Source: Octopus vulgaris
Lineage: Eukaryota
DNA length: 64,000 nt
NCBI GenBank assembly: GCA_951406725.2
Contig: OX597835.1
Location: 4,278,001 to 4,342,000 of the forward strand
Direction: 5' to 3'
Positions 41,232 to 55,684 of this stretch are shown here, in pieces (position 1 is the stretch's first letter; every line of letters begins with the position of its first letter). The translations under genes were made by a program, and so were the position numbers. The notes under the pieces are model-generated. The model searched no databases and was not told the origin of the DNA. It saw only the letters and a list, made by a program, of their open reading frames with translations.

Positions 41232-41738
41232 GTCCACAAGTTAATTCCATGAGAATTACCTTGAGGAAAATTTTCATCGAATTTAGTTTCATCGAGTTAA
41301 TTCTTAAGTAAATTTATGTTCTGAACAGTTTCATGTCTAATCCACTTGGCTGACAGCTGCTCACAGATGGATCCTGTGTTTCCTTTTTGAAAACACCGCC
41401 TGATAAGAGATGCTGCTCCCGACTCTGCACATCTAATAACGAAAGACTTGATACGATTTACGTTCACGAATATGTACTCTATATAGTGTGTCAGGATTTG
41501 GCTTTTATTTAATTCTGTTATGATGTAGGGTCAATATAGGAGACCCTATAAAGTCATTAACATTTTGTAGAAATTGAATATATTTGGTGATAAATACCTC
41601 ATTAATACTAATTATAACGTACCTCGTAGACCGCGTATGTGTTGTATTACAGACTGTATGTCTATCTATCTATCTATCTTTCTATCTATCTATCTATCTA
41701 TCTATCATACACACACATATATATACAAACATACACGC

Positions 41739-41831
<93 letters not shown>

Positions 41832-41978
41832 ATGAAAGACAGGGAGAAGGATATATATATATATAGAAATAGAGATATACATGTGTCTTTATATGTATAT
41901 ATATATATTCATATATCTATATGTGTGAATGTATGTAGATGCACATATATATAAATGCACATACATAAGTATACATAC

Positions 41979-42067
<89 letters not shown>

Positions 42068-42516
42068 TAAGTGATCCTCTTGAAAACTTCTCATGGCTGG
42101 CTGAACACCAATCTAAAAAGTCAACTCTGGACAAAATTAAGGAAAAAAGAAAACAAAGAAATAAAGACAAAAAAAAACTCAAATTAAAATTAAAATTGAA
42201 TTACAACATAATTTTAAATCAAATTAATATCTATATTAAATTAAAAGTGAATTAAAATTAATAAGACATTAAAATAATAATAAAAAAAAAACTTTTTAAT
42301 TAATGTGATAAAGTAGTTAGAAGTTCTTAACTTTCAGCTCATAGTCATTTTGGTAAAGTACATAGCAAGACACACACACGTACACACAATATGAACACTC
42401 ACACACACATATATGTATATATATGTGTACCTATATGTATGTATAAATATCTATAAGTATATATATATAACTATATATATAAGTGTATATATATGTATAC
42501 ATATATGTATATATAG

Positions 42517-42573
<57 letters not shown>

Positions 42574-42620
42574 AAAAAAGGTTTGAAAATGCAATTTAAA
42601 CGATGTTTATTTACTTAACC

Positions 42621-42676
<56 letters not shown>

Positions 42677-43564
42677 CGTACACACATGCATGTACTTGCA
42701 TATAAATGTATATACACAAAGATGAGACACACAAAGGTTTGAGACAGCGATGCTCGACAGCAAAGGTTTGTAAAGTCCTTTGCTTACGTAACTTTGATTT
42801 ATCAGCATAAATATTCGGGTGCATTACACATACAGAAATACACATTTATTACATATATACACTCCTCTATATGCACAAATACATACATACGCGCACACCT
42901 ACGTATGTATAATGTACATAACTACATATATAATATCTATCTTTATACATATTTTTCATCTTCTATTTTTTTTTATTTGTGTCAGTCATCAGATTGTGGC
43001 CATGCTGGGGCTTCGACTTGTAGGAATTTTAGTCGAATAAATCAACCCCAGTACACACACATATAAGCACACATTTATACATAATACACTCGCACATATG
43101 ATTTTTTTAAGTTGTTGTTAGAGCAGTGAATAATAAAAAAAAAATAGAAGACAGAGAAAGACAATCTTGGGGTTGTTTTATGAAGAACTCAACTAGAGCA
43201 AGTTCGTTCTGCTTGCAACCCAGGGTTTCTTGCAATTCAGAAAAAAATACTGAAGTTTTTAGAGAGAGACTTACGCTATGAACATGTTTAATTGGAACAA
43301 CTAAAGTCATTTTATTAAAAATGTTTTGTCTACTTTCGTTTTCCTTCTGAGTCAACGATGCTAATCATCTGAAAATGTTCACTTTGTAGTGAGAAGATTC
43401 TGAGGACAAGTCTACAACTGTAAGGACAAATGAAGATAGACTTAACAGAATTGTGCGTGTACAAGCTTACACACACATACACACAAATACATACTCAAAT
43501 ACATATACACAATTACACACACACACAAACACACATACATATATATATGTACACATAAGTATGA

Positions 43565-43890
43565 ATGCTCACCAATGGAGAAGTTCTTAAGCAGATCAGG
43601 CCGAAAATGTCGCTAGAAGCTAGGATCACCAAGCATAGATTGGCATATTTCGGTCATATTATGCGGAGAAAATCCCTGGAGAAGGACATCATGCTCGGAA
43701 ATGGTCAGTGGCAAGAGAGGAAGAGGCCGACCAAGGACCCACTGGCTTGACACCATCAAGAGTGATACCGGAATGGCCATAGCCAATCTGAAAGAAGCGG
43801 CCCAGGATAGAACTGACTGGAGGACACTGATCCAACGAGTAACCGAGAGTCGACTTCGACTGAGCGGATAGATAGATAGATAGAGATAGA
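43565..43890 (+). mobile_element. RTE-clade LINE 3' end with (GATA)n tail
   Basis: TNGEVLKQI..RLAYFGHIMRRKSLEKDIMLG(frameshift)..GKRGRGRPRTHWLDTIK..AQDRTDWRTLIQRVTESRLRL, the typical RTE/BovB C-terminus. Confidence 0.9.
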
Positions 43891-44340
43891 TGTATGAATG
43901 CATATACATAAATGCGTATACATGAAGACTGTAATTCGATTCTAAGTAATGCCATCTCCTGATTGTTCACTTAGATACGAGCAGCACAGATCATAGGTGT
44001 AGCTTTTCAGTTCAACTCCTAACGCCAGTTCTTCTCCATACTCTGTGCAAGTACATACATGCATGCATGCACACATGCATACATACGTACATGCGTACAT
44101 GCACACACAGACACATGCATATATGCATATATTTATATAAGCATGTATGCTTTCTTACACACAGACGCGCACACATACATGCGGGTACGTCTGTGTATGT
44201 ATATATTAATACATACATACATACATACATTCATATATACATACATACATACATTCATATATACATATATATATACATACATATAAACATATATATATAT
44301 ATATATTCATATACATATAAATATAGACAGATATACACAC

Positions 44341-44387
<47 letters not shown>

Positions 44388-44527
44388 TATATATATATAC
44401 ATATATACATATATATATACATATATATATGTATGTATATATATATGTATGTATATATACATATATATATGTATGTATATATATGTATATATATACATAT
44501 ATATATGTATGTATATATATATGTATG

Positions 44528-44576
<49 letters not shown>

Positions 44577-44707
44577 CTATATATACATATATGCGTGTAT
44601 ATTTGTAAAGCGATTATATGTAGCGTGATTGTGTGTGTATGTATTTAGGAATGTGTGTACATACAAATGTATTGTAACTTAATTACAAGCAGTGGGTGTA
44701 TATATTT

Positions 44708-44749
<42 letters not shown>

Positions 44750-46020
44750 TTATATACATATTTCAGATGTATATAGACATCAAAGGACATGTGCGAAGCA
44801 TTTTCTAGTCAATTACTTCCATCAATTCACCAAACCATCTCAACTTACGAAACAAATCTAACCCCGACCACGTTTGTCCTCTACACGGTTACCCACCGTG
44901 CGAGGGTCTGTTTTCCGTAACTGACCCACTAGAATTCTTAACACGCACGCACACACACACACACAAGCTATTCAAACACGCACGAGCTATTTATATACAC
45001 CCACACCCACACACACCTACACGCACGCACACACACACACATACATATATACACATTGATGGCTTTCAAGGGACTTTAATCTGATTGTTCGACTTGCTAG
45101 AAAGAGAAGGCTAATACCTCTCAAAACATAAATCAGCATTGATCAGATCCTTGCTCTAAGACATTTCAGCCGCGACCTTCCTATTTGATTTCGTAAAGGT
45201 CACCTGTGACCATCCTGCTTGTTTTTGTAAAGATAGGATTGCTTCCAATTAGGCTTCCCTCATTTGTATGTTAGTATGTGATTTGACGAGAATTTGGTTG
45301 CTATTTCTTGTAGCTTCGAATGGTCGTCAGAAATTAACTCATTGGTTTCTCGCCACCAACCTTAGACAAGATCTTTTTTTAAGTTCTGCAAATATCATTT
45401 TACTTGTGTTGTGACTTTTCTCGGATCTTCCTGTAACTGAAGACAGGATCACCTTTTATCACGTGTGTTGTTTTTGCCAATCAGCGAACAGTACTCTGTC
45501 AGCCATTTTAGTGATTTCAACAAATTCAAACTACTTTCTTCCTTTGTTTCCTTCATTTGACAGTTGCAGACCAAAAGCAAACTGTTTTATTTCCTTCTGA
45601 CTTCATTCTTTTACGTTCATTACTTTGGTAAATCAAGATCTGTTACATCCTCTTTTAGAATTACCGACATATTTCACGCCGGTGTTAACACCTCACACGT
45701 TATCCAACTACTATTGCGTAATTGCAGGATTTATTTATTTATCAATTCGTGGAAAATGAAGGAAAAATAGGATAACTTATTACGAATTTTATCTCTGCAT
45801 ACATGCCTTTAGTTTCTTAATTTTGTTTTATTCACTGGACTTTGGCCATGCAGGAGCACCAACTACTATAATTATAGTCGATTGCATCGACCTCACCAAT
45901 TCATTGACATTTATTTTATCAAATTCAGAAAAATAAATAACAAAGATTAATTATATTAATTAAGCAACGAGAAGATGGACTTGGTATTAAACTTTATTCT
46001 GTACAACGTTCGTTTCCAAC

Positions 46021-46144
46021 CTGTCTTGCTATTGTCATTATGTGTCGCACCCATTTTGCAGTCTGGATCTCATCAGGTACATCCATAAAGTTGTATCTCA
46101 CTAAAAACCCTTGAACGTCGGCTACCATGTTGTTATATATCCGT
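46021..46144 (-). CDS. Candidate internal exon (124 nt, phase 2-0)
   Basis: Acceptor TTTATTCCCTCCCTAACTAG and donor CAG/GTTGGA; open frame RIYNNMVADVQGFLVRYNFMDVPDEIQTAKWVRHIMTIARQ with protein-like composition. Confidence 0.4.
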
Positions 46145-46496
46145 CTAGTTAGGGAGGGAATAAAAATGCAAGCAAGACTGCAGAAATGCAAAAATTCGTA
46201 TATGAACGTGGAAAACCAGCGTTCCTGTTTAGATACAATTACCTGATCAGCTTTCGCTTTCGTAACTGCTTAGAGGAAAAAGAAAGTGACAGAAGAAAAA
46301 AGGAAAAACAGAAAAACGAATATTTAGTCAAATAGTTTTGCGAACATACATACACACACATACGCACACACACACACACACACACACGCATGCACATATA
46401 CGTTCATAGATACACTCTCACACACATACGCTCACTCACACACTTGTCTCTCTCTCTCCCTCTCTCTCTCTATGTATAAATATATAAAATAAAATA

Positions 46497-46527
<31 letters not shown>

Positions 46528-47140
46528 TGTATGTATGTATGTATGTATATATATTTTTTTACACACACACATACTCTATTCTCCACACTACACTGAACTC
46601 CCTTTCTCAGACACTTCCATTCTCTCTCCTTTTTTATCTATATTTCAGTCAAATTTCTTCGTATTTTTTCTTTTTATTTTGTTTCGTTCTGTTTGAATCT
46701 TTAGGGTTAATTTCTTATTTTCGGGTTTTACGTTAAATATTCTTCAACCTAAAGAATTCTCTCCAAAACGTCTCCCTAAACAGGGACGCCCTGTTTAACC
46801 AACATCTTTATCCATTCCCTCAAGATCCTTTAAGCATCAGAAATTATTTCATAAAGCAACAAATCTTAGAATTCAAGACTGAGATATGGTTTCGGGAAGC
46901 AAATATCCAAAGAGAACAGCAAAGATTTTTTATGAGGAATTTGACTCTTGTAATCATCAGCCAAAGTTGTTTGTTTTTCATTTCACTACTTCTTTGAGTT
47001 ATTTCGTTTTTTCTTTTTTTAATTTTTCTTGAAGAGTTGGTGGAGGATGGAGGTAGGAGGTGAGGAACATTTTATTGCAGAATCAATTGTTTATATCGAC
47101 TTGACATTGATAAATAACATTGCAGGAAGATAACATGAAT

Positions 47141-47170
47141 TAATAATAATGATGATGATGATGATGATGT

Positions 47171-47226
<56 letters not shown>

Positions 47227-47361
47227 AGAGAAGAAGAAGAAGGAGAAGAAGAAGAAGAAGAAGAAGAAGAAGAAGAAGAAGAAGAAGAAGAAGAAGAAGA
47301 AGAAGAAGAAGAAGAAGAAGAAGAAGAAGAAGAAGAAGAAGAAGAAGAAGAAGAAGAAGAA
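47141..47361. repeat. (GAT)n followed by long (GAA)n
   Basis: Read directly. Confidence 0.95.
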
Positions 47362-47461
47362 ATGAAGTGCCGAAATGAGGCTGCTAGAGAGTAGCAATTG
47401 TCATTGCTCTAAACATAACAAAGGTGATGATGATAATGATGATGATGATCCGAGAGGTGTT

Positions 47462-47498
<37 letters not shown>

Positions 47499-47639
47499 GC
47501 AATATACATAACAGCAGCAATAACAAAGGCAAAAGAAATGTCTTAATTGTAATTCATGGCTCTTTTATCTAAGAGGAAAAAACAATAAAGATACACACAG
47601 ACACACACACATAATTTTATACTCATATATATACTTATA

Positions 47640-47894
47640 TATTCGTGTGTATATATGTGTGGGTGCATGTATACACATGTATAATATGCGTATAATTATG
47701 TACAGATACACAACACACACATATATATATATATATTTATGTATGTATATATATATATATATATCCATGTATGCATGTATATATACATTTATCTCCCTCT
47801 CTCTCTCTCTATATATATATATATATGCATATATGCATATATATATATATACATATGTATATTTGTATATATATATATATATATACAAATATAC

Positions 47895-47925
<31 letters not shown>

Positions 47926-48137
47926 CATGCATGTATATATATATACATATATATATATACATGCATGTATATATTTATATATATATACATATGTATATAT
48001 GTATATATATATATATACATACATATATATATATGTATATATATATATGTATATATATATATATACATATATATATATGTATATATACATATGTATATAT
48101 GTATATATATATATATATACATATATACATATATATG

Positions 48138-48168
<31 letters not shown>

Positions 48169-48193
48169 GTATATATGTATATATATATATATA

Positions 48194-48275
<82 letters not shown>
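47640..48275. repeat. Degenerate (TA)n/(TATG)n low-complexity tract ending in (GA)n
   Basis: Read directly; source of the long YI ORFs. Confidence 0.95.
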
Positions 48276-48276
<1 letters not shown>

Positions 48277-48607
48277 GTGACTCTGTGGTGTAATTGTATG
48301 GATTTCCTTTCGTTATCGTTCCTTCTCTTCTTCCCCTTCAGCCTCCCTGTTGCTTCACAATGATTTATGAATAATTAGAGCTGAGGAGAATTTTCGGGAG
48401 CTGATGTTGGGTGTTGTGTTAAAACAATTGTCATGACAACTTGGTGAGGGTTAGGGTTGAGGGAGGGAGTTACGTACGACGGCGGTTGGGGGTTCGGCAA
48501 GGAGAAAAGACTGGGGGAAGACGAAAGAATGAGTGAAGGAGAAAAATATCGCCAGAGAAAGGGGTGTGTAGGAGAGAGACGGATGTTGATGTATGTATGC
48601 GTGTATG

Positions 48608-48646
<39 letters not shown>

Positions 48647-48762
48647 GTATATATATATATGCACACATCCATATATATATATATTTATGTATATATATGT
48701 ATATATATATACATACACATATATATATACACACACACACACCTATATATATATATATATAC

Positions 48763-48794
<32 letters not shown>

Positions 48795-48819
48795 TTTTTA
48801 TTGTATCGCATTTAACTTT

Positions 48820-49030
<211 letters not shown>

Positions 49031-49329
49031 TGCGTACACATATGTACAGGCACATATATCATACATGCATATACATATATATATATAATATAGTACAATC
49101 TATGAGCACACACATGCATACACACATACACATATACACACAACCAGCCAGTTATATATGCCTGTACCTATAGGTATGTGTTTGTTTCTGTATGTGTATG
49201 TGTTTGTGTGTGTGCACGCGCACACGCGTGTGTATGTGTGTTCGTACGTACAAAGACAGAAGAACAGAAAGGTGATGATATAGTTCAGGAGACAGAGATA
49301 GAGAGATGTGGAAATATGTAAATCCAGGC

Positions 49330-49360
<31 letters not shown>

Positions 49361-49698
49361 AGGAAGACATGTTGAAAGACTTTTACAAAAACAAACAAAC
49401 TGCGAACACTGGAAACGAGGCTGTAAAGATGGCGTATGTTATGTTTTTAAAAGAAGAAAAAGAACTTGATATTGTTGTTAAAACAAATGTTAGGGTAATT
49501 TAGAAAGAAAGAAAAAAATGGTTGTGGGTGAGAAACATGAGGAAGATAGAGAATGTGGGAAAAGATGAACATGAGGAGGAGAAGAAACGGGTGGGGATGG
49601 AACGTGTTTGGGGATATTGTTATCTCTCTGGAACTTGTTTACGATTCTTCTGGCTAAATATTTACTCATACTCGCTAAACTAAAGTTAAACCCCACTT

Positions 49699-50037
<339 letters not shown>

Positions 50038-50231
50038 ATGGGTTCTTCTTCTTTCAAAGTTGCTTCCATTTCTTGCCGCGTGTCTTCCCGACTCCTAGGG
50101 CAAAGAAACTCATAGTATACATTGGTAGGCCATTAAACTGAACTCACTAGTTCGTTCATTTTTTTTTTTATAGAAATAAAGTTAAATTAAAATACATCAC
50201 ACGTATTGAGAAGAGCATTGTCGATGTGAGA

Positions 50232-50306
<75 letters not shown>

Positions 50307-50329
50307 ATTATTATTATTTAATGTAATCA

Positions 50330-50490
50330 GCTGGTTCAGTCGTTAGCGTATCGGATAAGACACTTAGCAGCATTATTTGGTGTTCTTTATGGTCTGAGTT
50401 CAAATTCCCCCGAGATTGACATTGCCTTTCATCTTTTAAGGGTCGATGGAAAAGTACCATTTGACAACTGGGGTGGGTGTAATCGGCTAT
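50330..50490 (+). mobile_element. SINE family B, diverged
   Basis: CTGAGTTCAAATTCC..TTGCCTTTCATCTTTTAAGGGTCGAT..AAGTACCA..CTGGGGT. Confidence 0.7.
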
Positions 50491-50501
50491 CTAACGTCAT
50501 C

Positions 50502-50825
50502 TATGTATGTATGTATGTATGTATGTATGTATGTATGTATGTATGTATGTATGTATGTATGAATGAATGTATGTATGTATGAATGAATGTATGTATGCAT
50601 GTATGCATGTATGCATGCATGTATGTATGTATGTATGTATGTATGTATGTATGTATGTATGTATGTATGAATGAATCTATGTATGTATGAATGAATGTAT
50701 GTATGCATGTATGCATGTATGCATGCATGTATGTATGTATGTATGTATGTATGTATGTATGTATGTATGTATCTATCTATCTATCTATCTATTTATTTAT
50801 CAATCAATCTATCTATCTATCTATC
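50502..50825. repeat. (ATGT)n with a 108-bp higher-order duplication, then (ATCT)n
   Basis: The GAATGAAT..GCATGTATGCATGTATGCATGCAT pattern starts at 50561 and 50669. Confidence 0.85.
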
Positions 50826-50974
50826 AGTGTATTAACCTATTTGGTAGGCACGTAAACCCGGCAAATTTAACTGTATGTATGTATTTATGTATGAGTGCAT
50901 GCATGCATGCGTGTATACCGATGCATAAGCTCACAAAGTCGTGGGTAATATGAGACAGCATAAAAAGGTACTAC

Positions 50975-51032
<58 letters not shown>

Positions 51033-51406
51033 TAATAATAATGATAATAATAACTGTAAAGATCCTTAAATCCAAATAATGATACTAACATGTCTCTCAG
51101 TATAACTAGGTCCTCGTTTATTCCGAGGACCGACGATTAATTAATCGGGTATCAAATATTCATTAACTTTTATTTACATTTAAATTCTCTTAACCACTTA
51201 TCCTTCTTATAATTACACCTTCTTAATTGACCAATTACAGGTTTATATATTAATAACAGCTTGAATAAATACCATTAATTCTATTTTAAGTCTAATTTGT
51301 ATTTTTAGTCATAACTTAGTTAAATCAGTTTCTTTACTAACAGACCTTTATGAATTATGGCATTGGTCACCCTGTAAAGGTCAATGTTGGTATCTTTGTG
51401 CAGACC

Positions 51407-51617
51407 TACATATGCATATGTACATGACCGCGTGTGTACCGTTGGCGATTCTTTTTCCTCTGTCTTCCCTTCTCTGGATCTTTCCTTCTATGTTTCCGAC
51501 GAAGAGCTCCGCTCGAAACGTTAAACCATCCTTCTTTCCTTCTTTCCTGAGCGTCCAATAATACTATATTTGTTCCACGTCCTCGCGTGGTTGTTTCTTG
51601 TGCAATCTTGTTTGGAT

Positions 51618-51622
<5 letters not shown>
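51407..51622 (+). mobile_element. Short (TA)n-abutting element related to 41003-41188
   Basis: Shares GAAGAGC..GCTCGAAACGT and downstream TTCCTGAGCGT with the 41003/54418 family; ends at (TA)n. Confidence 0.7.
51492..51526 (+). ncRNA. Minimal type I hammerhead-like ribozyme, variant core CCGACGA
   Basis: gttt-CCGACGA-A-GAGC-tcc-GCTC-GAAA-CGT-T-aaac: stem I gttt/aaac, AACGTT palindrome, GUU site. Confidence 0.6.
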
Positions 51623-51674
<52 letters not shown>

Positions 51675-51676
<2 letters not shown>

Positions 51677-51812
51677 TCTTTTACTCTTTTACTTGTTCCA
51701 GTCATTTGACTGTGGCTATGCTGGAGCACCGCCTTTTTTAGTCGAGCAAATCGATCCCAGGACTTATTCTTTTGTAAGCCCAGTACTTATTCTATCGGTC
51801 TCTTTTGCCGAT
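51675..51812 (-). mobile_element. SINE family A, 3' part
   Basis: Matches 4925-5060. Confidence 0.85.
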
Positions 51813-51826
51813 AGAAGCTACACACA

Positions 51827-51942
<116 letters not shown>

Positions 51943-52054
51943 CATATATATATATTGAATTGAATTGAATTGAACTTAACTAGATTCAGCATACGCAACT
52001 ATGGCTATGCTGAGTTGCTACATAATTTTTACTTCACTAATTTTATTTAGAAGC

Positions 52055-52238
52055 TCACATTTGATGCGAGAAGGAGTTTGGCAACGCTGCTGTCGTTTGC
52101 ACTTCCTGCTGTGAAGTTGGTTCATCTGGGACTCTTGACAGTAGGATATCTAGTTTTGACTTGAAGACATCTGCATCCACCCCACGTAGGCCTCTCAGGT
52201 CCTTCGGGAGAATATTGAAGAGCGGTGGGCCTTTAAAG
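52055..52238 (-). mobile_element. CR1-like LINE ORF2 C-terminal fragment
   Basis: FKGPPLFNILPKDLRGLRGVDADVFKSKLDILLSRVPDEPT (G.LFN.LP / FK.KLD..L..VPD.P motif). Confidence 0.8.
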
Positions 52239-52340
52239 GGGTGGGCCTCTCGCTGAGAGATTTAAAACTAATTGTTTTTCTCTATACGAGATCAGCGACT
52301 GTTTATCGGTTAAAGAATATATAGTGTTTGCGAGTGTTGT

Positions 52341-52385
52341 CTCACACTGAGGACGGGTAACCACCCAGAAACTATGGTCTGTCAG
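52341..52385 (+). ncRNA. Type I hammerhead-like ribozyme with canonical core
   Basis: ctcaca-CTGAGGA-c-GGGT-aacc-ACCC-a-GAAA-CTATGG-TC-tgtcag: stem I 5/6 pairs, quasi-palindromic ACTATGGT, GUC site; C.A mismatch at the base of stem II. Confidence 0.6.
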
Positions 52386-52571
52386 TATCACGTAAGGCTG
52401 GAGATGGGAGCGATGACCACCCTTGCAAACACTATACGGACACAGACTCTGTGTCGATAGCTAGCTGGAAAAGATGTTTCCCTGGGGCTTAAACATCAGT
52501 AACATAGTCCTTTATAGGACAGTCACATTCTGTTGACAAATAAACTTTACTAGTTGTTTTTCCCTATTGCA

Positions 52572-52632
<61 letters not shown>

Positions 52633-52636
52633 TAAA

Positions 52637-52884
52637 TGCGCCCTTTTAAAGCCTAGCCAGGCTCATGGGCCCGATTTGCCGGTTTCTATGGCGTAGGTGT
52701 TCCCCAGCTGGACTGGACGCCAGTCTATTGCAGCGTTACTCATTTTTGCCAGCTGAGTGGACCGGAGCAACGTGAAATGAAGTGTTTTGCTCAAGAGCAC
52801 AACGCATCGGCCGGTCCAGAAATCGAAACCACAATCTTACGATCATGATGCTGACACCCTAACCACTAAGCCACGCACCTCCAC
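52637..52884 (-). mobile_element. SINE family D (tRNA head, Meta/V-like body)
   Basis: Head GTGGAGGTGCGTGGCTTAGTGGTTAGGG..GGTTTCGATT; body CTTGAGCAAAACACTT..TTGCTCCGGTCCACTCAGCTGG and GACTGGCGTCCAGTCCAG. Domain names are from memory. Confidence 0.8.
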
Positions 52885-52912
52885 GCACAAACACACACAC
52901 ACATATATAAGT

Positions 52913-53197
52913 TACAAAATGGAACAAGAACAAGACGATACAAAGAAAGCAAGGACGAGTCATACGGAATTTTCTATCCTCAGTCGAGTTCCAGATTATC
53001 TTTGCAATTTCGACTGGTTATACTTGAGATTACTCCAATCTGGCCAGCCCCAAGGAGATAATCTGAAACTCGACTGAAGAAAGAAAACTCCGAATGACCC
53101 GTCCTTGTTTTCTTTGTATCGTCTGTCTGGATGTTTTGTTGTCCCCTTTTGTATCACCTAATTGTCTGGATGTTTTGCCTTCTTGTCCCATTTTGTA
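52913..53197. mobile_element. Foldback element with 69-bp inverted arms between microsatellites
   Basis: Arms 52933-53001 and 53056-53124, plus outer TACAAAATGGAACAAGAA / TTCTTGTCCCATTTTGTA. Confidence 0.85.
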
Positions 53198-53212
53198 TTT
53201 TATATATGTATG

Positions 53213-53260
<48 letters not shown>

Positions 53261-53279
53261 TAGATAGATAGATAGATAG

Positions 53280-53334
<55 letters not shown>

Positions 53335-53366
53335 TAGATATACATATATATATATATACATATATA

Positions 53367-53409
<43 letters not shown>

Positions 53410-53448
53410 TACACACACACACACGCACACACACACACACACACACAC

Positions 53449-53482
<34 letters not shown>

Positions 53483-53808
53483 CGGCGTACGTACACTTAA
53501 TATATATATATATATATACACACACACAAACACATATATATCACCGCAAAACTTTTTTAGTAAATCGATTAAGGTGTAATTATAGTAACCAGAATTAGTT
53601 ATGAGATTTTAATAACAGGATATACCTAATGAATTAATTAATTACTCTTAAGAATTAACGACAATAGATGTAAAAATATTTGGCGTTTCATTGGTAGGTT
53701 GTAACGGTCGTTAAGGACATTATTCTATGGTATAATGTTTCCCAGTGTTTATGCACGTGTGCGTGTGCGTACGCGCGAGCATATGTGTGTGTGTATATAT
53801 ATATATGC

Positions 53809-53880
<72 letters not shown>

Positions 53881-53923
53881 ATGAAGATCTATATGTATAT
53901 GTGTTTGAGTGTATGCGTGCATG

Positions 53924-53962
<39 letters not shown>

Positions 53963-53974
53963 TTATATATAAAA

Positions 53975-54056
53975 CCTGGGGCGATTTGTTCGACTAAAGG
54001 CGGTGATCCACCGTGGCTGCAGTCAAATGAGTGAAACGTGTAAAAGAGTAAAAGAA

Positions 54057-54058
<2 letters not shown>
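53975..54058 (+). mobile_element. SINE family A tail fragment in (TA)n
   Basis: CCTGGGGCGATTTGTTCGACTAAAGGCGGTG..CAGTCAAATGA..GTAAAAGAGTAAAAGA. Confidence 0.8.
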
Positions 54059-54102
<44 letters not shown>

Positions 54103-54103
<1 letters not shown>

Positions 54104-54295
54104 CTTTATTTGTGAATTAAGTCCTCCATTAGTGTCCCGTTAAGAAAAGTAGGAAAAATATCCTAGTGTCTTAGCAATTTTGGAAGGTAAACACCTTTCT
54201 CCATTCGATCAACTTGAAAAATTGCTAAGACCCTAGGTTATTTTCCTATTTTTCTTAACGTAAAACGAATTGTAGCCTTAATTCACAAATAAAGA
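54103..54295. mobile_element. Foldback/MITE with long imperfect inverted arms abutting (TA)n
   Basis: TCTTTATTTGTGAATTAAG..CGTTAAGAAAAGTAGGAAAA..CTTAGCAATTTT is mirrored by AAAATTGCTAAG..TTTTCCTATTTTTCTTAACG..CTTAATTCACAAATAAAGA. Confidence 0.8.
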
Positions 54296-54355
54296 AATTA
54301 TTTCCACTAATGCGGTGTTGAGCACTCGTTTTCATCGTTCGACATTTACGTATGT

Positions 54356-54417
<62 letters not shown>

Positions 54418-54422
<5 letters not shown>

Positions 54423-54592
54423 GAGTTTACGAAAAAAAAACAAAAGACGAAGACAGGTGGTGTACAAAACAAACAGATGTATTGGTATAACGCTCAGGAA
54501 TAGAAAACGTCTTTTACGTTTCGAGCCTACGCTCTTCTACAGAAAGGGACAGAGAAAAAACAAGGAGAGAAAAAAAAATGTGTGTAGTGGCT
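54418..54592 (-). mobile_element. Second copy of the (TA)n-embedded hammerhead element
   Basis: Colinear with 41003-41188. Confidence 0.8.
54511..54546 (-). ncRNA. Minimal type I hammerhead-like ribozyme, variant core CUGUAGA
   Basis: cttt-CTGTAGA-A-GAGC-gtag-GCTC-GAAA-CGT-A-aaag; differs from the 41095 copy only at the variable N7 position. Confidence 0.55.
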
Positions 54593-54999
54593 ATATATAC
54601 ATGCATATTTTTTCATACACCTATGTGTATAGTTCTGAATGCCTATATGTTTCTTTTTCTCTTGTTTTAAATCCTGTAAGCTTTTCCTGTTTATATTCGA
54701 AAGTCTTCCTATTCGCCCATTATCAGCTCCAAGTGATAAACGTAAATGTGGTGAGGTGAAAGACGTGAGATTTGTTTGCGAAGTTAGGAACATTAACAGA
54801 TGCTTCTTCACAACAATTGCCCCTAGCTGTGGTCACTGCTTAGTGCCAAACTAACAGCGGAGCTTCAAGCGATCCAAAGCTACTGCACTTAGAACATTGT
54901 CAGAACACTGCAATTGAACAGCAGTGTGAGAGTGAAGAAACCACGATTTTAACCCCTGGAGCGAAGATTCGAGAAATATCTAATAATTCTGGAAGGGTT

Positions 55000-55445
55000 A
55001 GCACCTAACTTCAGCGTCAAGAGTTGTACAGATGCTCACCCATATTCGAGGCCACTGACTAGTACACCATCCGAAATGAGGGTAATATGGTAATAGGTTA
55101 AACTTCGAAGGCATCCAGCTCTTCAATGCTCCCAAAGTACAAAGAACCCTACAGAATGCAGATATGGATGTCTTGAAAGAGGAACCAGACATTCTTCTGT
55201 CCATGATACCAGATCAACCAACGTCCCGGTATGAAGTATGGACGAGGGCAGCGGTGTCAATCTTTCCTATATATCAGAATAAACCAAAAGCCAGAAAAAA
55301 AGGACATGCAAAAGTGGATAGAAAATCCCACCAGATAAGAAGAAATCAATCACATAAGGGGATTGTGGGAAAAAGATACATGGTTACAGTGAGGCTTCAA
55401 GATGGCCGTAGCAGTAGAGCTGAAACGTAGAAAAGAAATAAAATC
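55000..55445 (+). mobile_element. CR1-like LINE 3' end plus UTR, degraded
   Basis: NFEGIQLFN..DVLKEEPDILLSMIPDQPTS is homologous to 52055-52238; terminal GATGGCCGTAGCAGTAGAGCTGAAAC plus A-rich tail. Confidence 0.7.
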
Positions 55446-55623
55446 CACACACCATACATACATACACACTTAATAAACACACATACACCCCCACCCCACG
55501 CATTATATATTATTATTTCAATTATATAAATATTTATATTTACAGAGCAATTCAGACTCCATTAATTCCTGAAAAATATTTGATTTGTGTAAAGCTCCTT
55601 TCACAGGAAGCAATGTGTATAGG

Positions 55624-55684
<61 letters not shown>

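Noticed and set aside
43275-43368. AG...GTAAGT-bounded segment on the minus strand
   Set aside because: Stops in all three frames; not a coding exon.
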